A stretch of 64,000 nucleotides of DNA, from the NCBI RefSeq assembly GCF_006345805.1, contig NC_043012.1, positions 51,398,001-51,462,000 on the forward strand, given 5' to 3'. Every line of letters starts with the position of its first letter. The stretch's first letter is position 1. The notes under the pieces were generated by a model. The model was not told the origin of the DNA and ran no database searches. It was given only the letters and a program-made list of their open reading frames with translations. This document shows, piece by piece, positions 26,390-39,889 of this stretch. The translations under genes and the position numbers were made by a program. Origin of the DNA: Octopus sinensis. Lineage: Eukaryota.

Positions 26390-27278
26390 GGGGGAATAGA
26401 GTTTTAGGTAAATAAGGAGATTCTCACTTATACCTCTACACATACACACATATATATATACATATATATACACTCACACATACATATACATATCTACACA
26501 TACACATATATATGTATACATACACACACTCACTTGCATACACGTATACACACATGTATATATACACACACGACCACACATACATATACACACAGAAAAA
26601 TATATATATACACATACACACACATACTCACATACACGCATACACACACAAGTCCATACACACACATGCACACACAGCACACTAGTCCCTATATACACAT
26701 ATATACACATACACACATATATATACACCCACACATACACATACATACACATATATATACATACATACACATACATATACACATATATATACATACACAT
26801 ATATATATACACATATATATACATACACATATATATATACATACACTTATATATACATATGTGTACCCATGCATACCTACACATACACACATATATATAC
26901 ATATACAAATACAGACCCATTCCCTAATTTTAATTTTATTATCTTCGTTTATTACTTTTGTTATCTTTGGCCGCTTGGTCACAAACATCTTGGCTATGAC
27001 AGCCACCATTTATCCGTCTACTGGAAAACAATTACTCATTCACTCACGCACACTCTTTAGCACGTACACTCACTCATTCGTACACTCATACGCATACACG
27101 CACGCACGCGTTATATTCATACATACATACATCTACATACATTCACGTATATACACATACGTACGCGTACCTACAGATTCATGTCTACACTCTTAGAAGG
27201 CTAGTCTATACATATACACCCATAAATATAAATACACACACATACATACATGTACACCTACATACAAATACATACATG

Positions 27279-27324
<46 letters not shown>

Positions 27325-27502
27325 CATATATATATACATATATATATTCATACTAACATGCATACTCAGAAAATAAGTAAATAGTAAATATATATACAAG
27401 CAGTTATTCATACATGCATACTCAAAAAATAAATATTAAGTATATGTACGTGCAGTTACCTATTATATAGACGGATACATAATATAATAAACTTACACAC
27501 AT

Positions 27503-27543
<41 letters not shown>

Positions 27544-27610
27544 CATACATACACACACATATATATATAAATATATACATACACACATACACCTACATAT
27601 ACACATACAC

Positions 27611-27663
<53 letters not shown>

Positions 27664-28168
27664 TACACATACATATACATACACACACATACATATATAT
27701 ACATACTTACACATGTACATATAAATACACACATAGATAACTCTACGTACCTACACATACATAAACACACGAGCGTACGCGCATATGTACATCTACATAT
27801 ACCCATGCACACGCATATATATACATACATACATACACATACACACATGTATACACACACACTCACATACACATATATATACATACACATATATATACAC
27901 ATATATATATATATATATATGTATACATATATATATATATATATATTATAATATATACACATATACTAACACACATACACACACATATATATACATGTGT
28001 GCAAACATACATATCTATATACAACACACACACTATTACATATATCACACACTTACACACTATATACACATACACATACATATACACATACATATGCATA
28101 CACACACAATATACATATATACATACTACATCTATACATATACACACACACACACACCACACACACGC

Positions 28169-28206
<38 letters not shown>

Positions 28207-28519
28207 TATATACACACACATATAATTTTTTTACCATACATACACGCACACACACACATAATACATGCGTATAATCCTACTATACCCATACATTTCTATA
28301 CATATATACGATACCATCTACAAGCGTGCACATACAATATGTGAAAGGTCTTAGGAGAAAAGGTAATCGGGGGTGCTAGGGGAACGGTGGGATTGGGGGG
28401 GTTTTGTAGGTGGGGTGTCATCAATCTGGTTGCCGGTAGGTCTATAGTTCTTGTAGTTCGCATACTTCTTATGCATACAATTTGGGGAGTGTTCTGAGAT
28501 TTTGTTCTGAGATTTTGTT
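26046..28519 (-). mobile_element. Penelope-like element 3' portion (left arm)
   Basis: ORF C-terminus-like peptide NKISEHSPNCMHKKY at apex, microsatellite-rich body, terminal hammerhead motif, (TA)n end. Confidence 0.65.
26051..26101 (-). ncRNA. Type I hammerhead ribozyme motif, core intact
   Basis: AGCUUC CUGAAGA UUUCUCUUGAAU GAAACAG UUCUAGUC CUGUA GAAGCU: 6-bp helix I, CUGANGA and GAAA core, helix III ACAG/CUGU, GUA cleavage triplet; weak helix II. Confidence 0.8.
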
Positions 28520-28820
28520 AACAAAATCTCAGAACACTCCCCAAATTGTATGCATAAGAAGTATGCGAACTACAAGAACTATAGACCTACCCGGCAACCA
28601 GATTGATGACACCCCACCTACAAAAACCCCCCAATCCCACCGTTCCCCTAGCACCCCCGATTACCTTTTCTCCTAAGACCTTTCACATATTGTATGTGCA
28701 CGCTTGTAGATGTGTATCGTATATATGTATAGAAATGTATGGGTATAGTAGGATTATACGCATGTATTATGTGTGTGTGTGCGTGTATGTATGTAAAAAA
28801 TATATATGTGTGTGTAAATA

Positions 28821-28858
<38 letters not shown>

Positions 28859-28861
28859 GTG

Positions 28862-28898
<37 letters not shown>

Positions 28899-28900
28899 GC

Positions 28901-28931
<31 letters not shown>

Positions 28932-29121
28932 TAGATGTATGTATGTATATATGTATATTTGTGTGTATGCATATGTATGTGTATATGTATGTGTGTATGT
29001 GTATATATATGTGTGTAAGTGTGTGTATATATGTAAATGTAAGTGTGTGTGCTTGTATGAGAATGTATGTATGTTTGCACACATGTATATATATGTGTGT
29101 GTATGTGTGTGTGTATGTATA

Positions 29122-29162
<41 letters not shown>

Positions 29163-29556
29163 ACATATATATATATATATATATATGTGTATATATATGT
29201 GTATGTATATATATGTGTATGTGAGTGTGTGTGTATACATGTGTGTATGTGTATGTATGTATGTATATATATGCGTGTGCATGGGTATATGTAGATGTAC
29301 ATATGCGCGTACGCTCGTGTGTTTATGTATGTGTAGGTACGTAGAGTTTCTATGTGTGTATTTATATGTACAGGTGTAGTATGTATATATATGTATGTGT
29401 GTGTATGTATATGTATGTGTATGTGTGTGTGTGTGTATATATATTATATATATATATATGTATATGTGTGTATGTATATGTAGGTGTATTGTGTATGTAT
29501 ATATTATATTATATGTGTGTGTATGTATGTATATATATATATATATTATATATTAT

Positions 29557-29624
<68 letters not shown>

Positions 29625-29792
29625 AAGTTTATTATATTATGTATCCGTCTATATAATAGGTAACTGCACGTACATATACTTAATATTTATTTTTTGAGTA
29701 TGCATGTATGAATAACTGCTTGTATATATATTACTATTTACTTATTTTCTGAGTATGCATGTAGTATGAATAATATATTATATATATTTATG

Positions 29793-29826
<34 letters not shown>

Positions 29827-29946
29827 CATGTATGTATTTGTATGTAGGTGTACATGTATGTATGTGTGTGTATTATATTTATGGGTGTATATGTATAGAC
29901 TAGCCTTCTAAGAGTGTAGACATGAATCTGTAGGTACGCGTATATA

Positions 29947-30020
<74 letters not shown>

Positions 30021-30995
30021 TGTATGTATTTGTATGTAGGTGTACATGTATGTGGTGTATTTATATTTATTGGTGTATATGTATAGACTAGCCTTCTAAG
30101 AGTGTAGACATGAATCTGTAGGTACGCGTACGTATGTGTATATACGTGAATGTATGTAGATGTATGTATGTATGAATATAACGCGTGCGTGCGTGTATGC
30201 GCATGAGTGTACGAATGAGTGAGTGTACGTGCTAAAGAGTGTGCGTGAGTGAATGAGTAATTGTTTTCCAGTAGACGGATAAATGGTCTGGCTGTCATAG
30301 CCAAGATGTTTGTGACCAAGCGGCCAAAGATAACAAAAGTAATAAACGAAGATAATAAAATTAAAATTAGGGAATGGGTCTGTATTTGTATATGTATATA
30401 TATATGTGTGTATGTGTAGGTATGCATGGGTACACATATGTATATATATGTGTATGTATATATATATGTGTATGTATATATATGTGTATATATATATGTG
30501 TATGTATATATATGTGTATATGTATGTGTATGTATGTATATATATGTGTATGTATGTGTATGTGTGGGTGTATATATATGTGTGTATGTGTATATATGTG
30601 TATATAGGGACTAGTGTGCTGTGTGTGCATGTGTGTGTATGGACTTGTGTGTGTATGCGTGTATGTGAGTATGTGTGTGTATGTGTATATATATTTTTTT
30701 TCTGTGTGTATTTATGTGTGGTCGTGTGTGTATATATACATGTGTGTATACGTGTATGCAATGAGTGTGTGTATGTATACATATATATGTGTATGTGTAG
30801 ATATGTATATGTATGTGTGAGTGTATATATATGTATATATATATGTGTGTATGTGTAGAGGTATAAGTGAGAATCTCCTTATTTCCTAAAACTCTATTCC
30901 CATATATTATATATATATATATATTTTTTTTTTTATTTATTTATTTTTTTATTTTTTTTTTTTATTTTTTATTTTTTTTTATATTTTTTATTTTC

Positions 30996-31057
<62 letters not shown>

Positions 31058-31256
31058 ATTATTCTCCTATCTAATTTAACACTGACTCCTTGACCACTCC
31101 CCCAAGTATGATTTTTGCGCTATGCCTACCCCCAAAAAGTCCCCCAACAACACCCCTTTAAACCTGCCTAAATGTATAATGCCAATACAATCTTGTTAAC
31201 TAGCTTCCTGAAGATTTCTCTTGAATGAACAGTTCTAGTCCTGTAGAAGCTCCTTC
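28520..31256 (+). mobile_element. Penelope-like element 3' portion (right arm)
   Basis: Mirror of the left arm with single-base indels and an internal ~120-bp duplication (29824-29942 / 30016-30130). Confidence 0.65.
31202..31251 (+). ncRNA. Hammerhead motif, mirror copy with one A missing (GAAC instead of GAAAC)
   Basis: AGCTTCCTGAAGATTTCTCTTGAATGAACAGTTCTAGTCCTGTAGAAGCT. Confidence 0.65.
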
Positions 31257-31360
31257 TATATAATAAATTAATTTTACTCTGCTATGTATTGAGTACCTTA
31301 TTTACTGTGGTTAACCCCGAATCACCCCGGGACCTACATATATATATATATATATATATA

Positions 31361-31767
31361 CTCTTTTTACTCTTTTTTTACTCTTTTTACTTGTTTCAGT
31401 CATTGACTGCGGCCATGCTGGAGCACCGCCTTTAGTCGAGCAATCGACCCCGGGACTTATTCTTCTTTGTAAACCCAGTACTATTCTATCGTTCTCTGCC
31501 GACCGCTAATTACGGGGACGTAAACACACCAGCATCGGTTGTGAAGCAATGCTAGGGGAACAAACACAGACACAAACATATTCACACACACTTATATATA
31601 TATACATATATACGACAGCTTCTTTCAGTTTCCGTCTACCAAATCCCTCACAGGCATTGTCGGCCCGGGGCTATAGCAGAAGACACGTGCCAAGATGCCA
31701 CGCAGTGGACTGAACCCGGAACCATGTGGTTGGTTAGCAAGCTACTTACCAAACACCACTCCTCGCC

Positions 31768-31770
<3 letters not shown>
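31361..31770 (-). mobile_element. SINE family B, same subfamily as the 22729 copy, with many 1-bp deletions
   Basis: Shares the diagnostic TCTGCTATAGCCCCGGGCCGAC variant; homopolymers shortened. Confidence 0.9.
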
Positions 31771-31799
<29 letters not shown>

Positions 31800-31801
<2 letters not shown>

Positions 31802-32395
31802 TTTATTTAATTGAACATCATGCATCCATTTCCAAGGAAGATTATCTTCACATTTATGATGCGACGCTACTCTATACTGTTTCCTCGCCCATCCTTCTCT
31901 AATTCCGTTTTTCTTCCCCTTCACCGTTTTCTATCTGTCTCTCTCTCGCTCCCAGTCTTTCTCTTTTTCTCTCTGCCTTTACTCATTCGTGACCATAGGT
32001 CATCTTTCTGTTCCTCACGTGATCATCTTTCTTTTCCTGGAAAGACGTTGTAAGGACCGCAAATCTATCTCTCTCGTCTATCTTTTCTCTTTCTAAAGAA
32101 AATATTTCTTCTAGCTTTCACTATCTTTCCCCTCATTCTAGTCCAACAACACTCCTTACTTGTTTTCGTTCGGTTTCCTTCAATGTCTCCACTGTCCTCT
32201 TTTTGTTTCCAGCTTTGACCCTCCATAAAAGACAAAATTTATGTTGGAAGATATGCGAGAAATTGTCTTCGAAGAGTAAGTAGACAGTCGACAGCTGATG
32301 AAGGGACGTTCTTTGTGTTACTTGTCCTGATTTTAATCTTTTCTCGCGTGTTCGTATGTTGTTTACAGTTGATGACATTCTGTACCCATATATGA
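31800..32395 (+). mobile_element. Pyrimidine-rich 3' terminal segment of a PLE-like repeat
   Basis: Colinear similarity to the reverse complement of 58820-59385 (TTTTCGTTCGGTTTCC...TGTCTCCACTGTCCT...CTGTACCCAT); contains CTGATGAAGGGAC. Confidence 0.55.
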
Positions 32396-32402
32396 ACGCA
32401 GA

Positions 32403-32444
<42 letters not shown>

Positions 32445-32453
32445 TATATATAT

Positions 32454-32511
<58 letters not shown>

Positions 32512-32550
32512 TGATATATATATATATATAGATATATATATATATATATA

Positions 32551-32715
32551 CATACATTCTACCTATTATATACGTTTTTATTATTATTTTTGCAAATTAC
32601 TTAATCATTGGCATTTTATTGTTATTTTAATTTTAACGTTTCTACATGTAATTTTCTAGATGTTGTAATTTAATCATTCATTTTGAATTGATAAAAGGTG
32701 TTTTTCTTCTAAATT

Positions 32716-32777
<62 letters not shown>

Positions 32778-32946
32778 CATTCTACCTATTATATACGTTT
32801 TTATTATTATTTTTGCAAATTACTTAATCATTGGCATTTTATTGTTATTTTAATTTTAACGTTTCTACATGTAATTTTCTAGATGTTGTAATTTAATCAT
32901 CATTTTGAATTGATAAAAGGTGTTTTTCTTCTAAATTTATATATAC

Positions 32947-32950
<4 letters not shown>
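32551..32950. repeat. Near-identical tandem duplication (~177 bp x2) separated by (TA)n
   Basis: 32551-32727 vs 32774-32950. Confidence 0.95.
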
Positions 32951-33008
<58 letters not shown>

Positions 33009-33018
33009 CTATATATAG

Positions 33019-33050
<32 letters not shown>

Positions 33051-33272
33051 TATACACACATATATAATAAATCTCTCACCGAGGTATAAACAGTAGCTGC
33101 AAGACATCGTGAAGTATATTTGTCGCCTAAATGCAGTTAAACCTTAAGGGTTGAATCTACTGTCGCTTGTAGCCCCAGGAAAATATCTCCTCCAGCTGGC
33201 TATTGACACACTTTCTGTGCTCTGTCAGTATTTGCAAGTACTGATGGGTGCAATATATATATATATATATAT

Positions 33273-33328
<56 letters not shown>

Positions 33329-33529
33329 TATATCATACATATATCGTAGAAAGTGTGTGAACGTATCACTTTGTGAGAGTGGCACCATAGGCACTTCATT
33401 CTGAATTCTTTTGGCAAAGAATACACAACTGTACTATAACTGATCGGGAAGCAGATACCGAACAAACTCAAGCATATTTTTATATCTCATTTAAATTAAT
33501 TCACAAACATTTTGGAAACCTTCAATGGA

Positions 33530-33870
33530 CGCAAGCGTCGATGTATGGTAGAAAGCTTACTTCCGGGTTCAGCTCCACTGCGTAGAACGTTAGACAAGTA
33601 CTATAGTCTCGGGTCGACCAAAGCTTTGGTAGGGAGAAACTGCATGACCATCATATATATATATTTTTGTGTATGTGTGTGTCTTTGTGTCAGTGTGTGT
33701 GTGTGTGTCTTTGTGTCAGCGTTTATCTCCTACCACTGTTTGACAACCGGTGTTCGTTGTCTTTTTGTCTCCGTAATATAGCGGTTCATCAATAGAGACC
33801 AGTAGAATAAGTTTTGAGCTTTAAAAAAGTCTTGGGGTCTATTTCTACCACTAAAACCCTTCAAGGTGGG
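33530..33870 (+). mobile_element. SINE family B, degenerate
   Basis: TGGTAGAAAGCTTACTTCCGGGTTCAGCTCCACTGCG ... TTGACAACCGGTG ... AGAGACCAGTAGAATAAG. Confidence 0.75.
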
Positions 33871-33898
33871 TTTTAACGGTTTTTGCGCTCTCTGAGTG

Positions 33899-33922
33899 GT
33901 ATTGTTGTTATTATTGTTGTTG

Positions 33923-33954
<32 letters not shown>

Positions 33955-34338
33955 GTTATTATTGTTATTATTATTACTCAGTAGTTTTATTTTTATAGCG
34001 TGCTTTCACTTCACTACCGAGCGCAGCTCTGTGTGCCTTGGGTATGTGCTGTGATTTGTTGTGATGCTCTGATGGTTATTGTATGGAAAGTGTTCTGCGT
34101 AGGATGTGTGCTGTGCCTAGTAGTGCAATTTTCTGTATGTTATATGTGTTTGTAAGTCCTGGTGTTTTTGTTATGTATTTTTCTGAATATTTTTTTATCA
34201 TGCCTAATGCACCTACTATGATAGGAATTGTTTCTGTTTTCAGATTCCACATCTGGTTACCTCTATTTCCAGGTCTTTGTATTTTGAGAGTTTCTCCATT
34301 TCTTTTAGAGACACGTTGTCATCTGCCGGTATTGATAC
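33899..34338 (-). mobile_element. R4/Dong-type (restriction-like endonuclease) LINE, 5'-truncated 3' end with (AAT)n tail
   Basis: VSIPADDNVSLKEMEKLSKYKDLEIEVTR, then W.LKTETIPIIVGALG...IALLGTAHILRRTLSIQ* (stop 34076-34078), 3' UTR and AAT/AAC tail. Confidence 0.85.
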
Positions 34339-34361
34339 ATTATTATTATTATTATTATTAC

Positions 34362-34395
<34 letters not shown>

Positions 34396-34476
34396 ATTAT
34401 TATTATTATTAATATTATTATTATTATTAATAATAATAATACTATTATTATCATTATTATTATTATTATTATTATA
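34339..34476. repeat. (TTA)n microsatellite
   Basis: Direct reading. Confidence 0.95.
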
Positions 34477-34659
34477 AGAGTGACTAGCTGGCAGAATCTT
34501 TACGAATGACGACACAGACACATGCCATAACATCTCATTCTACATCATATTTATTCAGTTTGATGTTTCATTCAGTTCGATTAAATTTATTGTGTCTTCA
34601 TTCAAATGTGTCTTCTTGTTATAATTAATTAATTCAAAAACTTAACTGATATCGATTTC

Positions 34660-34860
34660 AAATTTTGGCACAAGGCCAGCATGTTCGGGGAACCATGTGA
34701 GTCGGCCATCACCAGTACTCAACTGGTATTTATTTTTATCGATCCCGAAAGGATGAAAGGCAGTGTCAGCCTCGGCGAAATTTGGACTCAGAACGTGTTG
34801 ACGAATGCCGCTAAACATTTTGCCCGGCGCGCTAACAATCTTGGCAGATCGCCGCCCTGG
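34660..34860 (-). mobile_element. SINE family A
   Basis: TCAAATTTTGGCACAAGGCCAGC ... GATCCCGAAAGGATGAAAGGC ... GCTAAACATTTTGCCCGGCGCGCTAAC. Confidence 0.9.
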
Positions 34861-36889
34861 ACACTCTCCTAATATTAATACAAATAACATGACTCTTTAG
34901 CTACCGATATTGAGCAAAATCGTTGGTCTACCGGGAAAATGCAATTTTGGTGTTTCTTTCGCTATTTACTTTTGGACTTCAAAACCTGCCAAGGTCAATT
35001 TTGAATTTCATCCCTCCTTGGTCGCTAAAATAATATACCATCGCAGTACTAGCGTCGGTGAAATCGACTAAACACGCTCTTCCTATAATTGCTGTCTTTG
35101 ACCAACGTTCTTTTTTTTTATATTTTTATGCTTATTGTTATTGTTTGTAGTATTGACGTAGTTCCTATTATTTTACATTTCTAGAAAGTCCACCCTGTAT
35201 TTGTACAAAATTTGTTTACTTGTTGAAATTTATCCCTAGTCGAACTTTGATTCATAAGGTTTATAATTCCAGAGATTATGGTCAGGTCATCCCATTTTTC
35301 ACTCGCGTTGTGTTTATCTACGAAAACCTGTTTTTTTTTAGCAGCTAAGTTGTTTATTTATTAGAATGGTTGATTAGTTGTTGCTTGTTGTGTGACAAGT
35401 TATTTAATTGGATTTTCATGTGGTGACTCGCTTCTGGTTTGAAATTTGTGGAACCAATTATTTCACTTTTCAAAAATGTGCTACCTTACGTTAATGTTGA
35501 AATCTTAATATTTCTGAGAGGAAAATGTTTAACAGCAATAGTAACATGCAATTCTAGGTAATGTTTTGCTTATGAAATGTTCGGTTAAAGTTTATTTGGA
35601 TCCAGTAGCTATTCCTGGAATATTTGGTAAGCGTCATTAAATGATTTCCTGAAAGAAGAATATTACAATATCATTATAATTTGCGGTAGAGTTACCTATT
35701 AAGAAACAACGAAACCAAAATTTATATGGTGCTTTATCGTGATAGAAGTAAAGACAAGATCCTTCCTTATAATAAAGCACAAATAATAAGACGACCAGCA
35801 GCAACAACAACAAAATATGAATGATGCTGATGATAATGTTAAAACCGATTTACTTTTAAGAAAGATTAGACAATATTTCACATTCTCGATATGGTGAAAA
35901 ATATATAGTTAATATACATAATATCATTAGTGTTGTTACATAAATCGTTACTTTATGATCTTTAGTTTGGTATTCACGTCGAGTTTATAAAGTGTTTTTC
36001 ATTTAATATTATCCATCATTGAAGAATTTTTACATCAGGAAATGAAGCATTTATCTAACTACCAGTACCATATATAACATGTTTGAAATATGTAACATGC
36101 TATTTTATTATTGAATAATAAATTCTCTTGGACAGAAGTTATAAGGACTTAATATGACAAATGCATATCATATTTAATTACATATACCTGAAAATTTATT
36201 TAATTTTTTATCGTCTTTTTTTCTATCGGTATTTTTGGTGTGTACAAAGAAGAACCTATTCCTAGAATCACAGAAACTATAGTAATTCCCTGTTTTGACC
36301 TGAGGCGTTTGCCAATTAGCGTGCCAACGGTCTCATTTACTGATATTCATGTATCGTAGCCTGGGGCTTATAATTAATTTGTGTACCCAATTAATTCTAT
36401 TGCCATTAAACTACTTAAGTTGTTGGATTAAAAAAATAAATATTTCTGGAGTTTAGGACGGTCTACTATATGCATCTCAAGAATAAAGTTTCTATATATT
36501 GTATTAATTGGTTTCTAAGTAAGTTTATAGGAAATGCTCGTGATATATTTGTACGTTCTCTCTTAAATACTAAGTAATGGAGAACTATTACCTAAGTTTA
36601 TTTCATAACAAAATCCCCAAGTTTTCTTATTGTGTACTATTACGTGCAACCTGATTTCTATACATGAAGTAACACAAATGCAAAATGCTCCTTCGTATCA
36701 ATATTCCAGAAGAATGATTGAACTTTTGGTCATTTGGTTTTGAACGAAACATAAGTACTAATGCATAATAATGCAATGAAACAGAGAGGTTCTAAACGAT
36801 TTCTGCAATGGAATAAGAAATGAAAACAATAACTTCAGGTACACTAACGGACTTACAATGCCTATATATATATATTATATATATATATA

Positions 36890-36942
<53 letters not shown>

Positions 36943-37009
36943 TGTGTGTGTGCGTGTGTGTGTGTGTGTGTGTGTAGGTGTGCGTGCGCGTGCGTCGCTG
37001 ATCTAGCAG

Positions 37010-37385
37010 TACTGCAAGTGACTGATATAGCGGTTCGGCGAGTGACCGATAGAATATATCCCAGGCTTAAAAAGAATATGAATACCTATTTCTTTACTAC
37101 CCACAAGGGGCTAAACACAGAGGAGACAAACAAGGACAGACGGATTAAGTCGATTAAGTTGATTAAGTCGTAACAAGTACTTATTTAATCGACCCCGAAA
37201 GGAGGAAAGGCAGTACTGCTAGATCGGAGGAATTTGAACTCACAACGTAACGGCAGACGAAATACCGCAAAGCATTTCGCCCGGTGTACTAATATTTCTG
37301 CCAGCTCGCCGCCTTCATAAATACCGGTGTCAATTCAGTATGGCTACGGTCAAATGACTGAAATAAGTAAAAAGATAAAACAGAT
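37010..37385. mobile_element. SINE cluster: family A (minus, ~37080-37315) splitting a family B tail
   Basis: B tail GCGGTTCGGCGAGTGACCGATAGAAT before, GGTCAAATGACTGAAATAAGTAAAAG after. Confidence 0.8.
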
Positions 37386-37624
37386 TTGCACGTTTGTATG
37401 AATGCATGTCGATGTTTGTATATGTGTGTGTGTATGTAACTAAACGTTTTTCGTTGCACAAATTCCATACACAGATTCATAGATAGCTATAAGTAAATGT
37501 AATATCATTTCCAAGAGTATTATATCTATACATTGTTGAGTCACCAGTGATTCTGATCTAGTTTCTGCAGAAAAGAGCTTTATATTTTGCTTCGAAATAA
37601 GGACATCAGGACAATATTTACTGT

Positions 37625-37815
37625 TTGACAGGAGCGCTAGCAGGCCGGACAAAATGCTTAGCGATATTTCGCCCATCTTTATTTTCTGAGTTCAAATGCC
37701 GCCGGGGTCGACTTTGCCTTTCATCTTTTCCGGGCCGAGAATGTACCACTGAGTTCGACGCAATCCACTTATCCCCTGCCGGCAAAATTGCTGCCCTATG
37801 CCAAAATTGGAAATA
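37625..37815 (+). mobile_element. SINE family A
   Basis: GCCGGACAAAATGCTTAGCG...TTCTGAGTTCAAATGCCGCCGGGGTCGACTTTGCC. Confidence 0.85.
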
Positions 37816-38667
37816 AGTAATATTATAATTGGTCCGATTTCAAGAAAATAGCAGCAACAAAAGATATTCTAGCAGGGAAAATCCCGACTGTTTTTGTTTT
37901 CTCTTCCAATCAAATGGAATGCATTTCACATCAGATTATCAAACATGTTCCTTTTGAAAGCCAAATGAATTCGCAAATGCTTCCTCGTTAGACCTCCAGA
38001 TTCATTGACCTGAGCATAATGGAAACAATGATGTCCACTAACTTCAAGGCAACGATGATGGTGACGATTACTTATCATATTGAAAACAAAGACGACAGAG
38101 ATGATAATATTCATAAAGAGGCGAATAGTAAAGTTTTAAAGAAATTTGGAATTTCTATATCATAAACAGCGAAAAGTCATCCATAGGTATTTTTGCATAT
38201 AATAAAATTGCTTCTGTCCCGTGATATCCTTCACTAATGGCATAGAATAAAACTACATTATACAATATACGAATGCATTGTTATTTCGTCGTATCAGTTT
38301 GATTTGATATCCCTAATATATTTGCTATCCACTTTAACATGCAAGAAATAACTAGCAAAATCCCTGAAATTTTACTTCTAGATGAAGACTATGGAAGCAT
38401 TTTATGTTTTGCCTTAGGATTAAGGTTCATAGTGTAATTATAAATTTTATTGCATATTAAATATATTAGATTTGAATTAGATGTGCGTGCAATAATATCT
38501 CATGCTTTATCTATCTACAAATATACGGAGACACGAGTTACGATTTATCTCCATATACATATATATGCATATATGTATACATGTATGTATGATTATATGT
38601 ATGTATACATGTATATATGTATGTGTATATATACATGTATATGTATATTATATATATATATATATAT

Positions 38668-38711
<44 letters not shown>

Positions 38712-38781
38712 TATATACATATATGTATACATGATTATGATATTTGTATGTTACATGTATATATGTGTGTGTATATACATG

Positions 38782-38849
<68 letters not shown>

Positions 38850-39347
38850 TGTATACATGTATGTATGATTATTTGTATGTATACATGTATATATGTGTGT
38901 GTGTATATACATGTATATGTATACATATATATATATTATAATATTACACAAACGCACACGCGCATATATTCATATCTACAGAAATGAGTTCAGGGAGATT
39001 GCATCCTTGCATCAGAATATAAGCCTTCCAGCAAATAGCATAGGTAATTTCGGAATATAGAGAATACGATTAAGTTGACATTCTCTGCAATATACAGATT
39101 TCACGTTTGTTATTCAGCATTACCTACTCTTCCATGTCACTAATAATGAGCATGGAATTTCAGATATCTTATGCGTGACTGAGGACAGGCAAGTTCCATA
39201 AATCTTTATATTTTTCTCAACCGCATAAGAGCAATTCCAAAGAATTTAGTAATGTTTCATTGAAAACGAACACGTTCCTATATGAATGTACGCCTCTAAG
39301 TATGTGTACTACATAAGTATATATGTGTCTATATACATGTATGTGAG

Positions 39348-39414
<67 letters not shown>

Positions 39415-39844
39415 TATATATATATAGACACACACGCCCAATGCATGTAGATTGTAACGTGTATAATCTCGAACGTAATTTATCGGAATTCGGTTAAAGC
39501 TTACGTAATGTGTGTGTATGTGTGTGCCTTGCTGCGTGTGCATATATATATATAGTATTCGTGAATTAAATTAACTTCATCTAACCATTTGCTTACGTCA
39601 GCCGAAGTATATTCTGCAATATTTTGGTGTTTTTGAACTTCACCATATTTTCTTAAGCCTAATGATCTTCGCATCTAGCAATTTCGAACGCTTGCTCTTT
39701 TAACCGCTTCTTTAGTTCACACGTATGATTTAATGTTTTTTCATAAATCCTATGACCTTCTGAGATACATGAACATTATGCCTATATCTACAATGTAATC
39801 CTTTATTCAAATTTATTGTGGCTTTTCCCTTTTTAATATATAGC

Positions 39845-39884
<40 letters not shown>

Positions 39885-39889
<5 letters not shown>

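Larger units (their letters stand above)
26046..31256. repeat. 5.2-kb zero-spacer palindrome, centre between 28519 and 28520
   Basis: All unique blocks of 26046-28519 recur reverse-complemented in 28520-31256; apex TGTTCTGAGATTTTGTT|AACAAAATCTCAGAACA. Confidence 0.95.

Noticed and set aside
28545-28590. Second hammerhead near the palindrome apex (GCATA-AGAAG-TATGC GAAC)
   Set aside because: No CUGANGA upstream and GAAA incomplete in both arms; the segment is better explained as ORF C-terminus
33070-33255. TA-flanked structured repeat with a GGCTACAAGC twister-like phrase on the minus strand
   Set aside because: The required pseudoknots and cleavage-site context could not be assembled by eye
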